64,000 nucleotides of DNA, taken from contig CAYXNX010000001.1 of NCBI GenBank assembly GCA_964467035.1, positions 51,373 through 115,372 of the forward strand. Direction: 5' to 3'. How positions within the stretch are numbered: the stretch's first letter is position 1; the number at the start of each line of letters is the position of its first letter. This stretch comes from Candidatus Woesearchaeota archaeon. Lineage in GTDB: Archaea; Nanobdellota; Nanobdellia; Pacearchaeales; GW2011-AR1. Below, piece by piece: positions 37,392 to 45,869 of this stretch. A program made the translations under genes and the position numbers. A model generated the notes under the pieces. The model did not search any database. It was not told where the DNA came from and saw only the letters and a program-made list of their open reading frames with translations.

Positions 37392-39599
37392 TTAACGTAC
37401 TTCCCATTTATTAAATCCAGCACTATCACTTAAATAAATTTTTCCCCCTTTATACACAAAAATTTGTTGCTCACCGAATCCTGTTCGGAACCAAAAATTA
37501 ACACCTCCTTTTAATTCCAAAGTGCAATTTCCATAAATACTTGTTTCAGGACCTTCAATTGAATAATTCTGAATCCCTTTATACCCTGTTTCAGGCACAC
37601 ACTTCCCATCTTCACACCCATAATTGCAAAAAATCTTTTTTGTATCTACATTTGCCCCATTACAATAAGCTTCTTCAACATACCAATCATCATTTCCAAA
37701 AGGATTATAAACACACTCATCCCAAACTGCTTCATTTGAATCCATTGCAACACTATAAATATATGAATCAAAATCATAATCCTTTACTTCATAATCAACA
37801 TTTAACAAATCACCACTTGTATTCATAAAATCATAATCAAAACACCCAATCTCTCCCAAACTTGTATCTTGAAAATCACTCCCATTAAAAGAATAAAAAC
37901 TTAAACCATCTGCTAAAAGAACCTTATCATGATAAGGACTATAATACCCGTGAGTAGGAGAAAAACTTGCTGTATAATTATCCTTAAACTTGTCTTCACT
38001 ATTAGTAGTTTCATTATTATGAACTATTTGCAACTTATTATCCTCCCACCAATGCAAATCTCCATACTCATTCCCAAAAGGACTTAAATAAGCTGTATCT
38101 ACTTTTTCAATAAATCCCGGATTATTTGTATCTTCAATATCATAAAATCTCCATAAATTACTAGTTGGATTAAAAACCAAAACCTTATCCCCTTTTTCAG
38201 ACCAAACATTAATCCTCCCCCCACCAACACTATCAAAACTATAAGCATTACTCACTTTTGCTGAAGGATTTGGGTCATCCCCATAATAAAAACTACAAGT
38301 CCTATTACACTCCCAATTATCCATCTCAGGGTCACAAGGACCTTCACCATGTTCTACAATTAATTTAATAGGGTAATAACTATCCTCTCCCATTTCTCCA
38401 GCAAACTCTAAATACCCTTCTTCTCCACCACTTCCCAAAAATTCATAACTTGACTTTAACCCGATTGCAAAAAAATCATCTTTCAAATTTGCCTTCAAAT
38501 CTTCTTCTGCATTACTTCCCAAAAAATACCTATCAACACTTGTCTCATTTGCTGACTCATTATAAAAAGAAGTAGAATTTTCAACATAAAAACCCAACCC
38601 ATTTGCCCCCTGCCCAATATCATTAAATAAATCTTCATTTCCTGTTTCATTATCTGGATAATTTGATTCATTTGTTATTTGAGTATCATTAAATCTTGAA
38701 ATAGAAACATTTATAGCACGAGTTCCACTTTGTCTTATTAACGGAACTGTAAGCTCAACACCTCTTATTTCCACAATATCATCAATAACTGAAGTATCAA
38801 ACTCTATAAAACCCCTATAAACAGAATTGTAAGAATTTTGCCCAGATTCTGTATTACCAATAGTTTTCAGATTTGTGCTACCTAAAAAAGAAGCACGAAG
38901 ATCTACTCTTTCAAAATCATAAACATCTCCATTTTGTTTAACAGTCCCTTTAAAAGGTCCATCAAAACAATTTACTACACAAGGAAGCCCATCAACTGGG
39001 TCAACCTCAATAGGATACTCAGCATTTTCCAACCATTCTTTATCAATCTCAACATTTAAATCAAGAAGTTTATTCCTTTCATCAAAATAAATTACATAAT
39101 TTCCATAAGAAACATCCCCATTATAATCAGTAGCAAAAGGCCTTGCAAGAGAATGAACAAACTGCTTATTAAAATCTCTTAAAACCAATTCCTCATTTTC
39201 AATACTTACTTTAACTCCTTTATGGATTTCATAAATTCCAAAATCAAAAACATTTTTTTCAGGAATATCATCAACCGGAATTATTGTTTTTTCAAGTTTT
39301 GGATTTGATAATTTTTCTAATTCAACAAATTGCTCTCCATCATAAAAAAATATATCTTCTGGAAAAATCTCAGTTCTATAACCTCCCCCACTTTTTCTAA
39401 ATGTTTTAGAGCTATATGTTCTCTTGGAAATAATTTCTTTTCCTTCTACTTCTTCAACACTTGAATTAACCTGCTCTTCAACAACATTTCCACTAATCTT
39501 ATTTTCTGTTTGAAAAAAATTCCCATCCCCCACCGCCCACGCCAAACCCCCAATTACCAAAACAACTATTCCAAAACTCATCCAAAATTTACTATTCAT
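37392..39599 (-). CDS. large secreted protein (735 aa) whose N-terminus is the intact copy of the R element
   Basis: MNSKFWMSFGIVVLVIGGLAWAVG signal. Confidence 0.5.
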   Translation of the reverse strand: MNSKFWMSFGIVVLVIGGLAWAVGDGNFFQTENKISGNVVEEQVNSSVEEVEGKEIISKRTYSSKTFRKSGGGYRTEIFPEDIFFYDGEQFVELEKLSNPKLEKTIIPVDDIPEKNVFDFGIYEIHKGVKVSIENEELVLRDFNKQFVHSLARPFATDYNGDVSYGNYVIYFDERNKLLDLNVEIDKEWLENAEYPIEVDPVDGLPCVVNCFDGPFKGTVKQNGDVYDFERVDLRASFLGSTNLKTIGNTESGQNSYNSVYRGFIEFDTSVIDDIVEIRGVELTVPLIRQSGTRAINVSISRFNDTQITNESNYPDNETGNEDLFNDIGQGANGLGFYVENSTSFYNESANETSVDRYFLGSNAEEDLKANLKDDFFAIGLKSSYEFLGSGGEEGYLEFAGEMGEDSYYPIKLIVEHGEGPCDPEMDNWECNRTCSFYYGDDPNPSAKVSNAYSFDSVGGGRINVWSEKGDKVLVFNPTSNLWRFYDIEDTNNPGFIEKVDTAYLSPFGNEYGDLHWWEDNKLQIVHNNETTNSEDKFKDNYTASFSPTHGYYSPYHDKVLLADGLSFYSFNGSDFQDTSLGEIGCFDYDFMNTSGDLLNVDYEVKDYDFDSYIYSVAMDSNEAVWDECVYNPFGNDDWYVEEAYCNGANVDTKKIFCNYGCEDGKCVPETGYKGIQNYSIEGPETSIYGNCTLELKGGVNFWFRTGFGEQQIFVYKGGKIYLSDSAGFNKWEVR

Positions 39600-40065
39600 T
39601 TAACATTACCTCAATTTCATCAACAATCTTCTTAGATTTATCTAACAAATTATTTAAAATTTCCTTATTAACTTCAGTTTTAATACCGTATTGAAATTCC
39701 TCTCTCAAAGTTTTTGCATCTTTTTCTATCATTTGACCAGTAGTTCTAATAAATGAAACAACTGATTTATCTAATTTTATCTCTCCAATTTCAATAAAAT
39801 GTTCAATTGCATTAATACTACACTCATAATTTTTGGATTCAAACCCTTTACTAAACAATATAATTAAAAAAGAATGATAAACTGCATAATACAATTGAGC
39901 AACTACCCAATCTTCAAATCCTCCCTCAATATTATAATTAGCCGCCTTAATATTATGTTTCGCTTTTTTAATATGTGCACTAGATAATTCTAAGTTTGGA
40001 ACTATCCTCTTCATTCTCTTCTCACTTTTCAAACACCAATTAAATTTTGATTCAATATCTTGCAT
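39592..40065 (-). CDS. HEPN-domain protein (PF05168-like)
   Basis: AQLYYAVYHSFLIILFSKG..SKNYECSINAIEHF. Confidence 0.45.
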   Translation of the reverse strand: MQDIESKFNWCLKSEKRMKRIVPNLELSSAHIKKAKHNIKAANYNIEGGFEDWVVAQLYYAVYHSFLIILFSKGFESKNYECSINAIEHFIEIGEIKLDKSVVSFIRTTGQMIEKDAKTLREEFQYGIKTEVNKEILNNLLDKSKKIVDEIEVMLNE

Positions 40066-40630
40066 TTTTTATCACCTCTAAAAATACTGATTCCCCTTTT
40101 ATCACAATTCCTTTTCTAATAATATCCAAAATAACTTCATTTTTAATTTTTACCTTATTGATTAAATCTTGTTCTTTCAAAATTAAAGGGACAATAGGCT
40201 TACTCCTAGATCTAGAAATACTTAAACAAAAATCATTAACTTGTTTAATTTTATTTGTCATAAATAAAACATCAACATCATTAAAACTTTTTTTATCTAA
40301 AATAGAACCAAACAAAATAATCAAATTTGCATTTTCAAATTCTTTAAGTTCTTCAAAATAAATTTTGGCAAATCCTTTTAAATTATTTCTTTCTTCAATA
40401 AGTAAAAATTCACAAATTTTAATTGTTTGATCTTCTTCAAAATTCAACCAATATTTTTTAACATTCCCAATATTTTCCGATAAAACAAATTTTTTCATTT
40501 CAAGATTTTTAAGAATTTTAAACGCACTTCCAACACTAATATTAAGTTTTCTAGAAATCTGATTAATACTATTATTTTCAAAATTTTTTAATAAATACAA
40601 GATTATTTTTTTGGTATTTCTTGAAATCAT
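40052..40630 (-). CDS. MNT nucleotidyltransferase with wHTH
   Basis: ILFGSILDKKSFNDVDVLFM. Confidence 0.6.
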   Translation of the reverse strand: MISRNTKKIILYLLKNFENNSINQISRKLNISVGSAFKILKNLEMKKFVLSENIGNVKKYWLNFEEDQTIKICEFLLIEERNNLKGFAKIYFEELKEFENANLIILFGSILDKKSFNDVDVLFMTNKIKQVNDFCLSISRSRSKPIVPLILKEQDLINKVKIKNEVILDIIRKGIVIKGESVFLEVIKNARY

Positions 40631-40676
40631 TTTCCTTTAAAGTGAATAATCATTCACAAATAATGAATGTTTATAA

Positions 40677-40849
40677 ATCTTTCCAAATCCCACGCACTCA
40701 CCCCCACCTCCCACACCAAACCCCAAATTACCAAAACCACAATTCCTAAACTCGTCCAAATTTACTATTCATTTCACCCCTCCAACCACCCACGCCCTCG
40801 CCGCTCCCAAAACAACTATTCCAATTAAAAATAAATTTTTACTTCGCAT
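40677..40849. repeat. two tandem degenerate R elements (orphan start + signal-peptide-coding fragments)
   Basis: reverse complement reads MNSKFGRV* and MRSKNLFLIGIVVLGAARAWVVGG. Confidence 0.6.
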
Positions 40850-41459
40850 TTTCAAAATCCTCTTTTTTTATTTTAATCCATCTTGAACAAACTTTTAGCA
40901 AATGATTAGATAAAGAAAAAGGACTACCTCTTTTTCTATCAAAATAAGTATAAAGAATAATTTCAGTACCTCTTTTATTTAAATCTTCTAAAATTGGACA
41001 AAAATCAGTATCAGAAGAAATCAAAACAATTTTTTTAATAAGAGGATAATCTTCTTTAATATGACTTAAATCTAAAGCCAACAAAATATCAACCCCTTTT
41101 TGTTTATACTCAAATCCATCATTTACTTTTAATCTTTGGACTCTTCCCTCTCTAAAAATAATTCCCTCTTTAATTAAAGAACTTCGAAAGGAATCATACT
41201 TAACTTTTCTTCTAATTTGTTCTCTAGTAGGATTATTTGACTGGAATGGCGGAGCAGTATATAAAAAAATTTTTTCAAAATCAAAATTTTCCCCCAAACA
41301 GATATTTTCTACAAAATTTTTAATTTTAAAAGGAATATAATACCCTTCACCCAAATGAATGTTTAATTTTGATAAAAACCCCAAATCTATAAAAAATAAA
41401 ACTTTATTATTCATTTTTAAAAAAGCCTCCAAAATTTTTTTCAGAAAAATAAAAAACAT
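40839..41459 (-). CDS. NYN/LabA-like (PIN-fold) nuclease domain protein
   Basis: IVLISSDTDFCPILEDLNKRGTEIILY. Confidence 0.45.
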   Translation of the reverse strand: MFFIFLKKILEAFLKMNNKVLFFIDLGFLSKLNIHLGEGYYIPFKIKNFVENICLGENFDFEKIFLYTAPPFQSNNPTREQIRRKVKYDSFRSSLIKEGIIFREGRVQRLKVNDGFEYKQKGVDILLALDLSHIKEDYPLIKKIVLISSDTDFCPILEDLNKRGTEIILYTYFDRKRGSPFSLSNHLLKVCSRWIKIKKEDFENAK

Positions 41460-41551
41460 CTAGTGACCTAAAAAGATCACTAGGGAACATTTCACTAACA
41501 AAAGAATGATCCAATTTATAAACTTTTCTATTAGTTTGGATTGTTGCACGA

Positions 41552-41806
41552 TTAGGTAACAATTTTAAATATTCTATATCTAGCATTATAGTCTTTTAAC
41601 AATTTTACTAGGTTTTTAGGTTTATTTTTCATTAAGATAACTCCTTTTGCTAATTTCTCAAAAGTGTTTTGTTTGAGAACACCTTCTCTAAAATAGGAAT
41701 AAGTCCCAAAATTAGAATAATCCTTATATCCATAGAGTTTTCTATTAAATTCAAGTCTTTTCTTTGGAGCTATAGAATCAAACCCATAAATTAACACGTA
41801 TTTCAT
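41552..41806 (-). CDS. hypothetical small protein (faint Cas2/VapD-like pattern)
   Basis: 84-aa ORF MKYVLIYGFDSIAPKKRLEFNRKLYGY. Confidence 0.25.
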   Translation of the reverse strand: MKYVLIYGFDSIAPKKRLEFNRKLYGYKDYSNFGTYSYFREGVLKQNTFEKLAKGVILMKNKPKNLVKLLKDYNARYRIFKIVT

Positions 41807-41859
41807 ACTGGTAACTATGAACAGTAATATTTAAATATTACTGTATACTAATACAGTAT

Positions 41860-42732
41860 ATGAATACAGTAAAAAGAGATTGGAAAACTTATAATGAAAA
41901 ACTAATAAAAAGAGGAGAGTTCTACTTAAATCCAAAATTCCTTGATACATGGTTAGATGAAATAAAGAAGATGAATGCTGGTAAGATAGGAGAACCTTAT
42001 CTTTATCCTGATTCTATGATAAAATTTCTAGCTGTTTTGCATGCAAAAAATTTTGATTATAGAGCTCTTGAAGGTATTATGAGGGTTTTTTCAGGAATGA
42101 ATTTTAATTTTCCAGTAATAAGTTATACTCAAATTTGTCGTCGAGTTAATAATCTTGACCTTTCATTTGATATTAAGGAAAAAGATTTAGTTGTTGCAAT
42201 TGATGGTTCTGGAGAAAAAGTCAGTAATAGAGGAGAATGGATAAGACAAAAGTGGAAGGTGAGAAGAGGTTGGATAAAAGTAGTGATAATGGGAACCCCT
42301 GAAGGAAAGATAGTTGATATAAGAGTTGGAAATGAAAAGCTTGATGAAAGAAAAGCTGCTAGAGGTATGTTAAGAGATAATAATTCTAAAATCAGTAAGG
42401 CAATTATGGATGGCCTGCATGATTGCAGAGATACATTTAATGTTTGTGAAAAAAGAAAAATAGAGCCAGTGATAAAAATTAGAAAGAATGCGAGAACAAG
42501 ATCAAAAGGATCTCCAAAAAGAAGAGAAGCTGTTGTTGAATATCAAAGATTAGGACATAATGATTGGGTTAGAAAAAAAGGATATGGAATGAGGTGGCCT
42601 GCTTCAGAGGGTATTTTTTCTGCTGATAAAAGAATATTTGGGGAGAGTGTTAGAGCAACTAAAAAAAGAAACATGTATCAGGAAGTCAAACTAAAATTTT
42701 GGGTATACAATAAACTTCAGAAAATAGGGTAA
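41860..42732 (+). CDS. putative DDE-type transposase (IS5/ISH-like)
   Basis: VVAIDGSGEKV candidate first Asp; 290 aa, basic; only plus-strand gene in minus-strand array. Confidence 0.35.
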   Translation: MNTVKRDWKTYNEKLIKRGEFYLNPKFLDTWLDEIKKMNAGKIGEPYLYPDSMIKFLAVLHAKNFDYRALEGIMRVFSGMNFNFPVISYTQICRRVNNLDLSFDIKEKDLVVAIDGSGEKVSNRGEWIRQKWKVRRGWIKVVIMGTPEGKIVDIRVGNEKLDERKAARGMLRDNNSKISKAIMDGLHDCRDTFNVCEKRKIEPVIKIRKNARTRSKGSPKRREAVVEYQRLGHNDWVRKKGYGMRWPASEGIFSADKRIFGESVRATKKRNMYQEVKLKFWVYNKLQKIG

Positions 42733-42808
42733 AAAAAGGTTAGATAGCGAGAGCCTTGTTTAAATTAAGAATCATGCAACAGAGCATATTAGTTAAAATC
42801 AAAGTCTT

Positions 42809-42901
42809 ATTCATTAAAAAATACCTCCTTGAACCATCCCTCCCAAACCCCAAATTACCAAAACCACAGTTCCAATTAAAAATAAATTTTACTATTTCCC
42901 A
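42809..42901. repeat. R element (orphan)
   Basis: reverse complement ATGGGAAATAGTAAAATTTATTTTTAATTGG.. overlaps RelE stop. Confidence 0.55.
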
Positions 42902-43155
42902 TAAACTTTACCTCTTTTATCCATTTTAAAAATAATAATTTTTTTATCTTTATAACTTATTCTATATAAAACCCTATAATCTCCAATTCTAATCCTAAAA
43001 CAATTATGCTTTCCAATTATGGATTTAGAATCAGAAGGAACAGAAGTTTTATTAAAAACTTGATTTAACTTACCCAAAATTCTTTTAGAAATATTTTTAT
43101 CTTGTTTTTCCAAAAATTTTATAGGTTGAGAATCATAAACTAAAGAAAAATTCAT
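42892..43155 (-). CDS. RelE/ParE-family toxin
   Basis: FRIRIGDYRVLYRISYKDKKIIIFKMDKRGKVYGK. Confidence 0.6.
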   Translation of the reverse strand: MNFSLVYDSQPIKFLEKQDKNISKRILGKLNQVFNKTSVPSDSKSIIGKHNCFRIRIGDYRVLYRISYKDKKIIIFKMDKRGKVYGK

Positions 43156-43355
43156 AAGCTTAATTCTTTTTCAATATCTTCATTAGAAATCAACAAACCT
43201 TTTTTTTCGTTTTCATAACTTTCTTCAAGCAAATTTTCTTCTTCAGTTGTTAAAAAAGAATCATCCAAAGTTTCCTGAATATTTAAAACAAGATTTTTTA
43301 AATTATTCAAATCATTATGTATTGTTTCCAAGGTTATATTTTCCATATTAAACAA
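43152..43355 (-). CDS. cognate antitoxin
   Basis: C-terminal ENEKKGLLISNEDIEKELSL. Confidence 0.5.
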   Translation of the reverse strand: MFNMENITLETIHNDLNNLKNLVLNIQETLDDSFLTTEEENLLEESYENEKKGLLISNEDIEKELSL

Positions 43356-43357
43356 AA

Positions 43358-43543
43358 TTAATGAAGACTTAAAAAACTTTCCCTCCTTTCAGTTTTATAT
43401 CTTTTAGATTCTCGTGCAAATCCCCCAACCACCGCCCACACCAAACCCCTCATTACCCTTTCTAAATCTCCCACCTCCCACGCCAAACCCCCAATTACCA
43501 AAACTCCAGTTCCAATTAAAAATAAATTTTTACTATTCACCAT
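43358..43543 (-). pseudogene. orphan R element with 61-codon ORF (signal-peptide fragment, duplicated GLAWxVG motif)
   Basis: MVNSKNLFLIGTGVLVIGGLAWEVGDLERVMRGLVWAVVGGFAR. Confidence 0.45.
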
Positions 43544-44019
43544 CTTTTTTCAAACCCCTCTCTAAAATCCTGAATATTTTTATTAGTTAATTTTGAAACA
43601 AAATCCAAAATATAATCAAAAAAAGATTCTGCGCTTTTTATAGTTTCTCCCACTTCATCTTTAGAAATTTCAAAATCTACATAATACTGTTTATCAACCC
43701 TTTCATACTTTGCTTTCCTAATCTCAGAATTATCTAAATTAAACAAATCTTTCAATAAAATTATTGAAGCCATATGATTCTCAGACTTTATTCCAACTTT
43801 AAAAAACAAAGAAATTAAAATATTATACATAGAATAATAAGCAAGAACAACAGATTCTTCCAATTTATTTTCTCTAAAAAGAATTTTTGCAGAACTAAGA
43901 TTACTCTCAGATTTAAGAATATAAGAATCTTTCAAATTTTCACTAGGATCAACAAGTTCTAATTTTCCTTGTTTTTTTAATTTAGTCAAAAAATCCATTT
44001 TTAGCGTAAAATTCTTCAA
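43537..44019 (-). CDS. HEPN-domain protein (PF05168-like)
   Basis: VVLAYYSMYNILISLFFKVGIKSENHMASIILL. Confidence 0.45.
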   Translation of the reverse strand: MKNFTLKMDFLTKLKKQGKLELVDPSENLKDSYILKSESNLSSAKILFRENKLEESVVLAYYSMYNILISLFFKVGIKSENHMASIILLKDLFNLDNSEIRKAKYERVDKQYYVDFEISKDEVGETIKSAESFFDYILDFVSKLTNKNIQDFREGFEKRW

Positions 44020-44540
44020 ATCCTTTTAAGATAACATGATTCTTTTCAATTTCTTTTATCAAAATATGCTTTGAGTCATATTTACCCATTTTCAAACTCA
44101 ATCTTGAATCAATTTTCAATAAATCTTCTTTTAATTCTTTACTTGAATTTTCAATATAAATATCAATGTCACTATTTTTTTTTGCAATTTCCTTAGAATA
44201 AGAACCAAATAAAATAGCTAATTTAATCCGTTTATCTAATTGAATTCTTTCAATTAATCTTCTTAAAGAAGGATAATTTTTAATAACACGATTCAATTTG
44301 TAAACTTCAGACATTAATATATAATTTCTCGCTTCTATACTTTTTTTAAGAAAAAAAACTTTATTCCTCCCTTTTTCTTCAAAATCTACAACATTCTCTT
44401 TCATTAATTCATTCATTCTCCTTACCACAACCATATGGTTAGTTTTTAATAACTTAGCAATTTCCCTAATATGATTTTTTTCTTTGATTAATTGAATAAT
44501 TACTTCCAATTTAAAATCTTTATGTTCCATATGTAACACT
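43982..44540 (-). CDS. MNT nucleotidyltransferase with wHTH
   Basis: AILFGSYSKEIAKKNSDIDIYIE; track start is GTG, ATG 9 nt later. Confidence 0.6.
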
Positions 44541-44555
44541 TATGTTCCATTATTT

Positions 44556-44655
44556 ATAAATCTTTCCAAATCCCACGCACCCACCCCCACCGCCCACGCC
44601 AAACCCCCAATTACAAAACAACTATTCCAATTAAAAATAAATTTTTATTATTCAT
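44556..44655. repeat. R element (orphan; stop after 14 codons)
   Basis: begins tttataaatctttccaaatcccacgcac as at 40668; reverse complement MNNKNLFLIGIVVL*. Confidence 0.6.
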
Positions 44656-45065
44656 TTTAATTTATCTTCAATCAATTTAGACAATTTTTTAATTACCAAT
44701 ACAATTTCTTTTTCATAATTTTGAAGAAAAGTTTCATTCACTTTTTTCCCATAATATACAATTCCATTTCTTGATTTTCTTAAAGTATCTATAAGTAATA
44801 ATTGATTGTCATTTAATAAATCATAATTTGTAGAGAAGTATTCTAACAATTTTTTATGACTTAGAGTCTTAAATCCATCTATGTACATAATACTTGTCAA
44901 AAAACCTAGAACAATTTCATAATATTCTTCAACAATTTTATATGGTTTATCTCTAGGCAAAATTTTAATTATATCCAATCTCTCTTTAGAAATTTCGAAC
45001 AATTCTCTAGACCTAATTAAATCTTTCTCTATTTTAAAAATTTCTTCATCCATAAATACCTCCAT
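44652..45065 (-). CDS. HEPN-domain protein
   Basis: RKSRNGIVYYGKKV. Confidence 0.5.
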   Translation of the reverse strand: MEVFMDEEIFKIEKDLIRSRELFEISKERLDIIKILPRDKPYKIVEEYYEIVLGFLTSIMYIDGFKTLSHKKLLEYFSTNYDLLNDNQLLLIDTLRKSRNGIVYYGKKVNETFLQNYEKEIVLVIKKLSKLIEDKLK

Positions 45066-45573
45066 ACAAAGTCAATCCATTTAAAATTTTATTTTTTAAA
45101 GGTTTATTCAATTTATTTAAGTTATTTACATTAATAAAATTTATCTCTCTACCTAAATTATCTTCAAATTTAGAAACATCTAACTTTTTTTTAATATTGG
45201 ATAAAATAAAAATATCAATGTCACTTAACTCTACATCATTGCCTGTTGAATAAGAACCAAAAAGTATTATTGCCTTAGGATTTAAGTTAAATTTAATGGA
45301 TTCAACCAAATCATAGAGAGAATAAAGATTATACAATTTTTTGTAAAAAGTAAATCTATCATTATCTCTATGCGCAACATAACCATCAAAAGGTTTAGAT
45401 TTTTTAATTTTTATCAAACCTTCTTTCAATAAGTCTTGTATATTTTTTCTAACAGAAGTATGAGCCAAATTTATTTTTTTACTAATCTCTCTAATAAAAT
45501 GAATATTTGTTGGTTCTTTAAAAAAAACTTCTAAAACTTTTAGGTAGCTACTTTTTTGTATCATTATAAACAT
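45046..45573 (-). CDS. MNT nucleotidyltransferase with wHTH
   Basis: IILFGSYSTGNDVELSDIDIFIL. Confidence 0.7.
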   Translation of the reverse strand: MFIMIQKSSYLKVLEVFFKEPTNIHFIREISKKINLAHTSVRKNIQDLLKEGLIKIKKSKPFDGYVAHRDNDRFTFYKKLYNLYSLYDLVESIKFNLNPKAIILFGSYSTGNDVELSDIDIFILSNIKKKLDVSKFEDNLGREINFINVNNLNKLNKPLKNKILNGLTLYGGIYG

Positions 45574-45689
45574 AAATATACTAATTAGTATATAAAACTA
45601 TCGGTCAAACTCTGCTTTAACTAATTTAAAAAAATCATCATCTGCAAAAATCAAAGTATCATTAATTAAAAAATACCTCCTTAAAAAAA

Positions 45690-45860
45690 TCCCCCACACC
45701 AAAACCCCCATTACCCTTTCCAAATTCCCAACCACCCCCACACCAAATCCCTCATTACCCTTTCCAAATTCCCAACCACCCCCACACCAAATCCCTCATT
45801 ACCCTTTCCAAATCCCCACCGCCCACGCCAAACCCCCCATTACCAAAACCAAAATCCTAA
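45690..45860. repeat. tandem array (3 units, about 48 nt period) of the G/W-rich core of the R element
   Basis: cccaaccacccccacaccaaatccctcattaccctttccaaat repeated. Confidence 0.65.
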
Positions 45861-45869
45861 AATAATTAT

